Virus record (IMG/VR): IMGVR_UViG_3300010885_055091
Location: 1-64,000 of that record
Length of the DNA stretch: 64,000 bases
From: an uncultured virus (IMG/VR IMGVR_UViG_3300010885_055091)
Lineage: Duplodnaviria; Heunggongvirae; Uroviricota; Caudoviricetes
Strand: one strand, 5' to 3'
Shown: positions 12,663 through 22,600 of the stretch, piece by piece
Numbering within the stretch: position 1 is the stretch's first letter
Layout: every line of letters starts with the position of its first letter
Program-made: the position numbers and the translations under genes
The notes under the pieces: model-generated
Told to the model about the DNA's origin: nothing
The model's database searches: none
What the model saw: the letters and a program-made list of their open reading frames with translations, nothing else

Positions 12663-15600
12663 ATGACAAGAGTTTCTGGCTGGAGTGGAACGCATGTAAA
12701 TAACAGTAGACCTTATGTCACTATATCGGCTGATGCTTATGTAGCGATTCAAGGCGAAACCACAATTTTAGGATGCGGCGAGTGTCGCCGAGTTATAAAT
12801 TTTAACGAGTATATGACAGGATTGTCTGTAGATACTTCTACTGATAATCCTCCGGGAAATGCTTCCATAAATTTTACTGTTCCTGATACTGCAATTAATG
12901 ATTGGTATGCAGAAGATAACTTAGTTTTACTTCCTATGATGGAGGTAGAAATATATGCAAAGGGGTATTTTCTAATAGGGGGTGTCCCTCAATATTATAA
13001 GATATTCTGGGGTTTAATTACTAACATATCAAAATCTTGGTCCAATGGTGTTACGACAGTTAGCCTTTCCTGTCGTGACATTTTATATTGGTGGGAAAAA
13101 ACCAGTACGACCATTAATCCGGCATTTCTCGATCCAGTAGGAAATAGCACGGGCGGTAATTTCGTTCTGTGGGGTAATAATTTTGCTGGAGCTCACCCAT
13201 TTGCTGTCATAATTGCTTTAGCCCGTGAGTCGATGGGTGACTGGTCATTCACTGCGGGCTCACTGAACGAAAATTTCATTCCTGAGCAAGGCGCTGAACG
13301 TGAGTATAATAATGATATGATCGGTGGAATCATGTTATACTGGCAGGCTAAATTTGCCAACATGTGGTCTAGCTTAGTCATATATGGAACCACTGGAGCA
13401 GTTTATCCGACTTGGGGAGACGGATTGGCGGTCTCTAATCCACTTAAATTAGCTGCTGCTATATTTGAACAGGAAGCGAATCTAAGAGGAAGTGATGAGA
13501 CTAACACAGTAATAAAATATGATCCATCCGAGATAGCAGCATATAAGAAGGATATAGGTAAAGTGGCTCAATTCGGGTTTTTCCAGCCCGAAATTCAGAC
13601 GAAATTATCTATCGCTAAACAGGCTGCTGAGCAAATAGGATACGAATTTTATTGTGATACAACAGGAGATATAATTTGTAAGCCCCCCTTCTTCAACTTA
13701 AATGTTTTACCTAATAAGCCAGTATCTTGGATCCAAGATATTGACCTAATCGATGAACAGTTTCAGGATTCAGAAGGCGAAATAATAACTCACATTGTAG
13801 CCAGTGGTCATGCATTCGGGGGTGTTACTGATTGGGGTATAAACGACGAGTTTACTACTCCAAGAACCGGTGCTTTCGATTATCACCTATTGCGAAAATA
13901 TGGGTATAGACGTCATGATTTTCAAGTAGAATGGGCTGGTTCTATGCGAAGAATGTATTACTACATTCTTGACTTTATGGACAGACTTAATGCGCGGCGC
14001 ATGAACGGAAGCGTTACTATCCCGATGAGACCCGAACTTCGAATGGGGTTTCCGGTTTACATTCCACGGCATGATGCCTTTTATTATATCAATGCAATCC
14101 AGCACAGTTTTAGCATCGGGTCACAAGCTACCACTACTCTTACATTGATGGCAAAGAGAAGTAAGTTCCTGGCTCCAAAAAATATAGGGAAAATTGAAAG
14201 ATTTGGGCAAGCTACTGCCTCGGTTTCAGCTCAGAATAGTGCTCCCGTTCAAGATCCGCTTAATACCCCTGCTAATCAGCAACGGAAGCAAAATGCTATC
14301 ACTTATAAAATTTCCTTTCCTGATGTAGGGGGTAATACCGGAGCTTCAACCGATGGGGCGAAGCCCATAATTATGAGGCACCCTAAGACGGGCAAACTCC
14401 TTGGTTATCCTAGAGTAGTAATGGTCCTAAGAAGGACATACAATAATCAGGAATTGCTTGACTTGCTAACCAAGACACCTGGAAATAAAAAACAGCAGCA
14501 GAACAAGAAAGGCAAAGGCAAAAACGCTAAACCTACCACAGGGTTATCGGGCAGTATTTATCAATCTTCCAGAGATCAAGCATGGCAATTATTGAATGAT
14601 AAAGATAAAACTGACTTAATTTCAAGAATAAAACAAAACAGGTATGAAACAAGCGCTGCTAATGAAGGTGCATTTGATTATGCGGAAGATGTTGATGGAC
14701 AGTTTAAAGAATTTCAATTAATAAAGATTACCTCCATTACCTGGAGTGATACATTGTCTGGTGGTCAAAAAGAACAATTCTCTGCAAGTAATGACCAGGC
14801 ATCAAAGGTAAAATATCAAGGAGAAGAGAAGAAGATCGAAGGAGAAATTAAAACTATCCAGAAAGAAATTGATAAGCTTAATATCACCCTTACCAAAAAA
14901 ATAAACGAAAAAATAAAAGAACTCGCAGTAGTTGCAAAGGAATCTGGTATACCGAATGCCGGGGTTACTATAAAGAAGAAAACTAAACCGAATGGGACCA
15001 TATCCTGGGAGATAGTCATCATACCAAGCGTTTCTAGTCTGGAAATTCGAGACTTAGGGGCAAAGACTCCTGTCAATCTAGATGAAGAAAAAGTTAAGGC
15101 ATTTGAAGATTCAGTTAAGAAGAACTCTGCTTTTTCAGAATTAGGGACCGAGATTAATGATACCGGTAAGCAAATAAACGATCTTATTCTGAAGAAGAAA
15201 GAACTAGAACTGGATAAAAATAAATATAAATTCGCGGCTGGTCGTGTGTTGAATGATCCTTCCGTATTGGTAAGACCAGTTTCTGATGAATTTGGTTATG
15301 AAGTGGTTGGGCATTTTAGATATGGGCGCGGGGCTTATATGGATAGAGGTAGAGTCACATTTGCCTCAGACGCTTCGGCCAATCAGATTAACATCCAATT
15401 TGCAGCAACGGGCTCTCTGCTTACAGAGAGCGTATCTGTTCCTCAACAAAGCACAGTAGACTTTTCCAAAGCATTTGAAAAAATGCGTCCAGATGATTGG
15501 GCGACAGCAGCCAGTAGTAGAAGTGGTGGTACTGATACCCCTAGTGACTTCTTGATGACTAGTGAAAATACGTATGTAGCGGACATAAACCAAAATATTG

Positions 15601-16487
15601 GTAAGAGTGTTTTTATTGAGGTGGATTCTATCCGCAAATCACGATTGTTATCCGACCTGAAACCATCGGTGGACTTGGAAAACTTCAGCACAGCCTTTGA
15701 TAATTGTGCTTGTGGGGTGGGTCGCACTAACTGGATATCAGTATTACCTTCTAATATAATAAGGGATGTTTTAAGAAGTTCGGGATCTCTACCCGTGCAA
15801 TTTGTGGAGGCGGGAAGAAACGTATCCAGTGCTTTAGGGGTTACCAAAGAAGAAAAAATTGAGGTGATATCCGGAGAAGTATCCATGGGCAACTTCTGGG
15901 TAGCATTGAATAAATATTTATCTGAAAAATTTAATAGAGAAATTGATTCCAATGTTCGTAGAGAAAGAATATATAGTGGTGAAAGTCAGACGCGAGTAAG
16001 TGAGAATTATGCTGATTTCGCTGGTAATCGAAATCTATTTGATTTACCGGGTGGAGGGTCTTTGTTCGATAGGGCAGCCAATGGGGACCAAGACGCTATT
16101 GGTGCTCTTCAGAATGAAGCAAATCAGCTATTCGGACTCAATTCCCAGGGAATATCAAATGTCTCATCGAATTTCAACCAATTAGGTGATGAAATATCTT
16201 CTTATTATAATAAAAATAAAGACCGAGTAGAAGCAGCTGTTGGTGCTACGGCAGACTATTATAAGAATATAGGAAAGGCGTACGGGCTTGAAGGAACTTT
16301 AGAAGAACAGTTAGCTATACAAAATTATTGGGAGAACTTAGAGCAGGGATTCGGGGCTTCGAGTGTTCCCTCTTATCCTCCAGGAACCCCACCGCAGTTC
16401 GCATCAATACTGAATCCTGGACAATATGCTAGCGGTTCAGTAAGGCCTGATAATGTAGCTCTTAAAGGTCCGCCTCCCAATACTTAA
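12663..16487 (+). CDS. Baseplate hub protein (gp27/gpD-like) with large C-terminal extension
   Basis: KIFWGLITNIS..VSLSCRD, YEFYCDTTGDIICKPPF, GSVTIPMRPELRMGFPVY..YYINAIQHSF..TTTLTL are hub-like motifs; synteny. Confidence 0.7.
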   Translation: MTRVSGWSGTHVNNSRPYVTISADAYVAIQGETTILGCGECRRVINFNEYMTGLSVDTSTDNPPGNASINFTVPDTAINDWYAEDNLVLLPMMEVEIYAKGYFLIGGVPQYYKIFWGLITNISKSWSNGVTTVSLSCRDILYWWEKTSTTINPAFLDPVGNSTGGNFVLWGNNFAGAHPFAVIIALARESMGDWSFTAGSLNENFIPEQGAEREYNNDMIGGIMLYWQAKFANMWSSLVIYGTTGAVYPTWGDGLAVSNPLKLAAAIFEQEANLRGSDETNTVIKYDPSEIAAYKKDIGKVAQFGFFQPEIQTKLSIAKQAAEQIGYEFYCDTTGDIICKPPFFNLNVLPNKPVSWIQDIDLIDEQFQDSEGEIITHIVASGHAFGGVTDWGINDEFTTPRTGAFDYHLLRKYGYRRHDFQVEWAGSMRRMYYYILDFMDRLNARRMNGSVTIPMRPELRMGFPVYIPRHDAFYYINAIQHSFSIGSQATTTLTLMAKRSKFLAPKNIGKIERFGQATASVSAQNSAPVQDPLNTPANQQRKQNAITYKISFPDVGGNTGASTDGAKPIIMRHPKTGKLLGYPRVVMVLRRTYNNQELLDLLTKTPGNKKQQQNKKGKGKNAKPTTGLSGSIYQSSRDQAWQLLNDKDKTDLISRIKQNRYETSAANEGAFDYAEDVDGQFKEFQLIKITSITWSDTLSGGQKEQFSASNDQASKVKYQGEEKKIEGEIKTIQKEIDKLNITLTKKINEKIKELAVVAKESGIPNAGVTIKKKTKPNGTISWEIVIIPSVSSLEIRDLGAKTPVNLDEEKVKAFEDSVKKNSAFSELGTEINDTGKQINDLILKKKELELDKNKYKFAAGRVLNDPSVLVRPVSDEFGYEVVGHFRYGRGAYMDRGRVTFASDASANQINIQFAATGSLLTESVSVPQQSTVDFSKAFEKMRPDDWATAASSRSGGTDTPSDFLMTSENTYVADINQNIGKSVFIEVDSIRKSRLLSDLKPSVDLENFSTAFDNCACGVGRTNWISVLPSNIIRDVLRSSGSLPVQFVEAGRNVSSALGVTKEEKIEVISGEVSMGNFWVALNKYLSEKFNREIDSNVRRERIYSGESQTRVSENYADFAGNRNLFDLPGGGSLFDRAANGDQDAIGALQNEANQLFGLNSQGISNVSSNFNQLGDEISSYYNKNKDRVEAAVGATADYYKNIGKAYGLEGTLEEQLAIQNYWENLEQGFGASSVPSYPPGTPPQFASILNPGQYASGSVRPDNVALKGPPPNT

Positions 16488-16864
16488 GACTTTAAAATCT
16501 TTAGAAAATTCCCGTTACAGTATTTAGAATTTAAGACATATAAAATTATTTGTTCCAGAGTCCTATTTGGAGGACTCAGTAGTATATAGGTATCCACTTC
16601 TTTCGTAGAAACGTCCACTAAGTGCTTTATTTTCTTAATGTCAAATCTCATTGACATGTTATATCCATTTTCCGGATCACCATCTAATACAATTCCACTT
16701 CGTTCATTCGCATTGATAAATGATATTAATTTTGAATCGTTAGTTTCGAAATTTAAAGATATCTCGTGAGATTCCATTGGCTGGATTGTAAAATCTATTT
16801 CCCACTTTGCCTCATCTATTAAATTTCCTGAGAGGGTAGTTATTTGTAATATGGTTTTCATCAT
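16484..16864 (-). CDS. Hypothetical protein
   Basis: 126-aa ORF exactly filling the gap between hub and spike; aggga upstream of the ATG on the - strand. Confidence 0.65.
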   Translation of the reverse strand: MMKTILQITTLSGNLIDEAKWEIDFTIQPMESHEISLNFETNDSKLISFINANERSGIVLDGDPENGYNMSMRFDIKKIKHLVDVSTKEVDTYILLSPPNRTLEQIILYVLNSKYCNGNFLKILKS

Positions 16865-16896
16865 TGATTCCCTATAAATAGTACCGTATAAGAAAT

Positions 16897-19104
16897 ATGG
16901 AAGAAAAATTTTACCCTTTATTGCTTAAACCAGGAACTCCTGGTGGTATATATCAGTTATCTTTATCTCACCCGGATGCAAAAAAATATTTATGGGTAGG
17001 ATACATTATTCACGTAGATGTTGAGACGATGGTGTGCTCAGTAGGGTTTAATACTTCACCTGATGAGAAACTAGATATACCACTGCCTGCAATGGGAGGT
17101 GGTGGTCCTCGTTCTTTCAGTGGAACCATTCCTGAAAAGGGGGCGACCGTTATATGTGGTTGGAAGCCGATGGGTCCTGGGAGTAATAGTCATTTCCCAT
17201 TCATCCTCTCCATACTTTCTGCCGGTGTTTATAATTCTAGGGATTATGCTCCGTTTCTTCCTGCACCCCCGGAGCAAATAGATGAGGTCTTATCTCTAAG
17301 ACCGGATTTAGAATTTGACCCAAAACTACAGACCAATACTGTTAGATTAAAATTAAGGAAAGCATATTCTGGAGATTTCTTAGCGTCTGCAAGTTCGGGT
17401 TCTGACATTTTATTAGATAGAAATGTGGTAATTACTAACCGTTCCGGAAATGAGTTCATCCTAAGAGATTCTGATCAGACTGCTGTGCTTCAAACAATCA
17501 ATGAATTTACAGCGAATGCAGCTGGATACTATAGAAGAGGACTAATAAAGAGAAACGCTTTTTCATTTTTATCAGATTATTTTCCATTAAACGAACAGAC
17601 CAATGGTACAAATCCTTTCGATATTGAAGAGGGGGAACTATTCAAGCAGAAAATTCCGGTTACGAGCCCTGTATATGACATTTTATTTCAATATGGACTA
17701 ATAGATGAAGATGGAGTAAGAACCTTTAGTTTTACGGAGGGAATGTTAGAATACCCGTATATTGTAACCAGTGATGGCAGAAGAATTAATTATGTGTATC
17801 CTGGATCTGCAGAGTCCGGATACAATAATGTTGAAGAAGCGTATATAGAGGATAGAAGAGAGTTAAGACATGTTTCGGACGGCGTAATGCCGGTGACTGA
17901 TGAAGGTGACGGATTTTTCTCTGATGAATCGAAAAGAGAAGTCTTCATAGAAGATGTTCACGGGACTGTCGTAGGGAATAACTTTGTCACAAATGAAGGC
18001 AGGGCATTATATAAAAAGGTACTGAAGATGCAGTTGTTCTCCGATTCTGATCAGGGAGAACTTTGCAACTATCCTACTTTTGAGTCTATAGATAATGCTA
18101 CAGACTTAGGTGTCCTAGATTCTCACGCTTTAGCCCGTCTGTATCGGATTCAGTCTCCCACTACAAATAATCAGTGGGTCTTTGGTATTAATAAAGAGGG
18201 TCGAACATTCCTTCATATTCCAGCCTCACAGACCGGTTTACCTGATGATAAAGGAAAATCTCTAGATCTAAATATCATGGGTCTGGTTAAAGGAATTATA
18301 GGAAAAGATCCTAATACTGGACTAAGTCTCGATCTCCGATTAAAGGGCGGGATGAACTTCGAACTTGGTACCTCAAGTGCTTCAGGGAACAATTTTAATT
18401 TTACCGGGCCAATTACCGTGAACTATTTGGGAGGGACCTCCGTTGATGATTCCCCGACTGTGAGTCATATCGTAGATGGAAGTACTTCAAGAGTCATTTC
18501 TGGATCAGATTTTAAATATACCAAGGGCACAAATGTTAGAGTTTCGGGGGGCTTGGATGCTACTGAAGCAGATGGGGTGAGTGTCGTGGCGAGTTCTGGT
18601 GGTTATAAGTTGTCTTCAGGTGGAGAACACGGCGTAACCGTATTGGGGGCCTCGAATGAGTACTATGCCCAAGATAAATCATCCAAATTCGCTCTTGGTA
18701 AACGAAATTTGACATTAGCTGGTGTAGATTCAAGCACAGTCTTGACTGGCAATGCGAGTAGAACGGTAGTTGCTGGTAATATAACTGATAGTGTAGTTAC
18801 TGGTAATATAACGAAATCTACGGTATTGGGTAATATTATACTTGCTACTGCGGCAGGTGCTATCGGTATAACCAATGGATTGGGTGCCTTAGCATTGGCA
18901 GCTTCTGCTGGGCCTATCTCTCTATCATCCACCACTGCTGTTACATTAACGGGCTTAGTAACAGCCATAACCAGCCCAGTTACAAGCATTGGGATAGCTA
19001 AGGTAGGTGTGGCTGTTGCTGGTATTCCAGGTCCAAATGCTCCGCACTTGGACTATCTGACAGGAATTCCAATCTTGGGTATTCCTACGATTGCGGTGGG
19101 TTAA
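16897..19104 (+). CDS. Baseplate central spike (gp5/gpV-like: OB fold plus beta-helix repeats)
   Basis: N-terminal GYIIHVDVETMVCSV..GTIPEKGATVICGW; C-terminal ~9-aa repeats VLTGNASRT VVAGNITDS VVTGNITKS; His near the tip (PHLDYLTG). Confidence 0.7.
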   Translation: MEEKFYPLLLKPGTPGGIYQLSLSHPDAKKYLWVGYIIHVDVETMVCSVGFNTSPDEKLDIPLPAMGGGGPRSFSGTIPEKGATVICGWKPMGPGSNSHFPFILSILSAGVYNSRDYAPFLPAPPEQIDEVLSLRPDLEFDPKLQTNTVRLKLRKAYSGDFLASASSGSDILLDRNVVITNRSGNEFILRDSDQTAVLQTINEFTANAAGYYRRGLIKRNAFSFLSDYFPLNEQTNGTNPFDIEEGELFKQKIPVTSPVYDILFQYGLIDEDGVRTFSFTEGMLEYPYIVTSDGRRINYVYPGSAESGYNNVEEAYIEDRRELRHVSDGVMPVTDEGDGFFSDESKREVFIEDVHGTVVGNNFVTNEGRALYKKVLKMQLFSDSDQGELCNYPTFESIDNATDLGVLDSHALARLYRIQSPTTNNQWVFGINKEGRTFLHIPASQTGLPDDKGKSLDLNIMGLVKGIIGKDPNTGLSLDLRLKGGMNFELGTSSASGNNFNFTGPITVNYLGGTSVDDSPTVSHIVDGSTSRVISGSDFKYTKGTNVRVSGGLDATEADGVSVVASSGGYKLSSGGEHGVTVLGASNEYYAQDKSSKFALGKRNLTLAGVDSSTVLTGNASRTVVAGNITDSVVTGNITKSTVLGNIILATAAGAIGITNGLGALALAASAGPISLSSTTAVTLTGLVTAITSPVTSIGIAKVGVAVAGIPGPNAPHLDYLTGIPILGIPTIAVG

Positions 19105-19685
19105 TGCCTTCTTTGGAGAGAATATTTCCTGCTATCAGTGGGGCCTTAAATGGGGCGGGCTGTGTAGGTGCTTCTAGTTATCAGTTATCTAGTGCAATAT
19201 CGAATGGTTTGTTTGGTTTTCTTAATACATCAGTCACAGTTTTTACTATAGACTCTGGTACTGCGGGTGTAGGCAAAGGAACGTTGGGTGTTGTAATTTA
19301 CTTGCCTGCCTTATTGACACCCACATTATTATCCAATGCTAAGGGTGCTTTAATAAATGGATCCATAAGCGAAAGTATGTTAGTAGGCTTAAGCCTAAGT
19401 ATATGTGGAGTGGTTTCCTCTGCAATTCCTATGACTGTTCATCCAATTGTCGGAGTGGGAACGGGCGTAGGAAGACTGCTTATTAAAGAACCAGGAACGG
19501 GAATCGGAATATTTTTACAGTCATTTGCAGCGGCGGGTCTAATTAGCCCGATGGCAATTTCCTTATCAAATGTCATTAGTAACTCATTAAACGCTACTAT
19601 ATCGACTGCTTCCGTGTTGGTTCAAATAGCAGGGCCTCCATCACCCGTCCCTGCTAGTGGTGTTGGAACGGGTGTACTTATCTAA
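19104..19685 (+). CDS. Gly/Ser-rich virion protein next to the spike
   Basis: 193 aa, TAATG coupling to the spike gene, internal repeats ending GVGxG. Confidence 0.6.
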   Translation: MPSLERIFPAISGALNGAGCVGASSYQLSSAISNGLFGFLNTSVTVFTIDSGTAGVGKGTLGVVIYLPALLTPTLLSNAKGALINGSISESMLVGLSLSICGVVSSAIPMTVHPIVGVGTGVGRLLIKEPGTGIGIFLQSFAAAGLISPMAISLSNVISNSLNATISTASVLVQIAGPPSPVPASGVGTGVLI

Positions 19686-19699
19686 GGGTATTGTGTTTC

Positions 19700-22600
19700 A
19701 TGTCATTTGATACTTCAGGAGCTGTGCTTGAGGGAGTGAGACTTTCTCAAAGCGTAAATACTCTTGTGCTACCGCCAAGAACCTTGGTACAGCCTCAGGA
19801 TACCCATGATTTTAACAAGATTTCTCAAAGAGCTGAATATTGTATATTTGTAACTGGTCAGTCAAAAGATGCAGATGGTATTTATATTAATGATCCGAAT
19901 TTGAAGTTTAGATGGACTCGTAATGATTCAATATTTAGATTTTCTTACGATAACGTAAGTCGTAGATGGTTTCCAGCTCCCGGTAGTTCTCCCACAAGGC
20001 TAGGAGTGATTTCTAATGAAAATAGACTAACTGCTCCAATTCCAGTAGATAATGGAGTATCGAATTACCAAGTATATGTAAGTGTTCCGAGAGTATACGA
20101 ATTTCAATATGTTTTGGTGCTAAGTTTCTCTAATCCGCCTCCTGGAACGGTAGAAATAAATAGAGAGACTGGTGAGTTAAACTTTAGTGAACAAGACATA
20201 TCAAACCCAGACCTTGCAAATCAAATAGTTTATATCAGTCGCCAGAGCTTCTTTAATCGAGCCAGATTTAATGGAAATATCATAACCATTAATTCAGATG
20301 GGTCCTACGAGGCCTTTCTGAATCCAATCCCTACTTCTGGAGAATACCCTCTTTTAAGAATTGGTTATACTGAATATTTAGTATCCATTTCATATCCAAA
20401 TGAATCTTCGATGCCCGTCCCCACTTCTTCTGGGATCATAAATTATGCTTTAGACACTGGGAGGGCATTTATTTATGATTCCGAAGCTAATTCAGGCGAA
20501 ACCATATTTTATGATGGTGTAATCAACGGAGAAACTTCCGCAAATCAATATCAACTTGCTGTTATTCCCGACACTTCACCGTTCTTACCCTTGTCAATAT
20601 ATATAGGGCAGTCTACAGATTTCATTAATTTAGATGATACTACACGTTTCTTATTCTGGGGATCTAGAAGCGAAAAGGATTATTACTTAAACGTGTCAGT
20701 AGTAGATGAAAATCCTACGTTTACGGATTCAGGGACCATCGAAATCAATAAAGTAAACGGAAATGTTTACATGAATTCCTATGATTGTGACCGTCTTAAG
20801 GGGTCATTTCTTCGTTATCTTGATAGCTATCTTGAGATTGAAAATGGTATAACTTTTCAAATATTTAGAAGTGGTGCCAATGAAACGGGATTTGTAAACA
20901 GCTATGATTTTTTCGAATATTATAAAATAACGAATTCTGTTATGTCTGATAACATCAGCGGGTCTCCATTTCTTTTTTTACCGAGCCGTCCGATAGATGA
21001 TTCTTACCTGTCGTATCGAGTCACTGATGCCCCAGGAAGTAGCGGTACGTTTAGTGGAAGTCTTAAGAAAGCAGAAAATCCTGAAGATTTAGGTCTAGGT
21101 TATAAGGTAGACTTTAGTACTAAGACTCTTTCTTTCTCTAAAAGGGTAGAAGAGAATAAGACTGTAGGAGTTACTACCAATATTTTAAAATTAAAATATG
21201 CCGCTTTAATACCTGGTGGATTCGAAATAAAGAAGAACAATGAACCGCTAGATTCTTCTGACTATTCTTTAGATATCGGTGCCGGTTTAGTCACTTTTTT
21301 AGAATCTGTAGGAGAAAATGACGAATTAAATGCTTTTGATGTTCTAGGTCATGCCCAAGGAGATACTTTCACATCATTTAGTTTTCAGTTTAATGCTCTT
21401 TATGTTAATAAATATATTTTGGTATCGATTGGGGAGAATGTTGGTTTTTATCGCATAAAAGATTTCATAAATGGTAATACAATTAGAGTTGAGGGGCTGT
21501 TCCCTAAAGACGAAAATGTTACCGTTGATATAAAGTCCACAAAAGAGATCATATGTGATAGGGTCTGGACCTCCATTAATCCAAGAATGAAATTGTTCAC
21601 TCTGGAGAAGAAAAATCCAGATACAGGCGAATATGAATATCATGACCAATCTAATTATTCCATAATACCTGAATTGGGTCAAATAACCCTAAATGAAACA
21701 CCTGACCCCAATGATGTCTTCAGAGCTAATTATTTATGGATAAATTCTCCCATAGAAGGAATCAATAGAAATGTTTCTGAACTTAACGTAAAGGTCACTA
21801 AAGAAGAAAAAATCGAAATTCTTGCCAGCAAAATACGTTTAGAAAAAGCTAGTTATGTAAAAGGTAAAAACTACGTTAGTATAAACCAAGACAATAAATC
21901 AATAGTCCCATTAAAGGGATTCAGAGTAATCGCAGACGGTATAACTGTTCCTGCAAGTCAGATTCGGTTTATCAACAATAACTCAATATTCTTAGGTATT
22001 ATTTTAGAAAATCAAGAGATATATGTTGATTATTGGATAGAAGAAAATACTGGGGGTTCTAGAGTATTTACTCTCATAAATACTCCTATTGATATAGATA
22101 TTCCTGAATTTATTCCCGACAATGATAATAAAATACTAGTGATAAATGAGGATTTTACAGGAATCATAAAACCTGGGAGTGCCATATGTGTTCAAGACAC
22201 TAATATATACATCGTTGAAGCTAGCGTATATGACTCGTTAAAAGACACTACGTCGATTGTGTTCGAATCTCCTATCCAAGTAAGTTACAAAGGCATATTT
22301 AAAACTTGCGACCCCGTATCATTAAACCAAGTTACACAAGCATCGAAAACATGTCCTAAGGGATCCAATTCAGTCATAATCTCCGGATCAGTAGACGTTA
22401 AAGAAAATTACCTTATTAAAATAAACGACTTTCCCTTCATAGTTATAACATCTTCTTATGACATTAAAAAGGACGTTACTTCTATATCATTTAAATCTGT
22501 CCTTCCTGTAAATGCTATCATCCCATCTATTTTTATAAGTTTAGGACCGGTTGTCGATCCTAAACCCGATTTTTCTACACGTAAGTCAGCGGTTTTCCCT

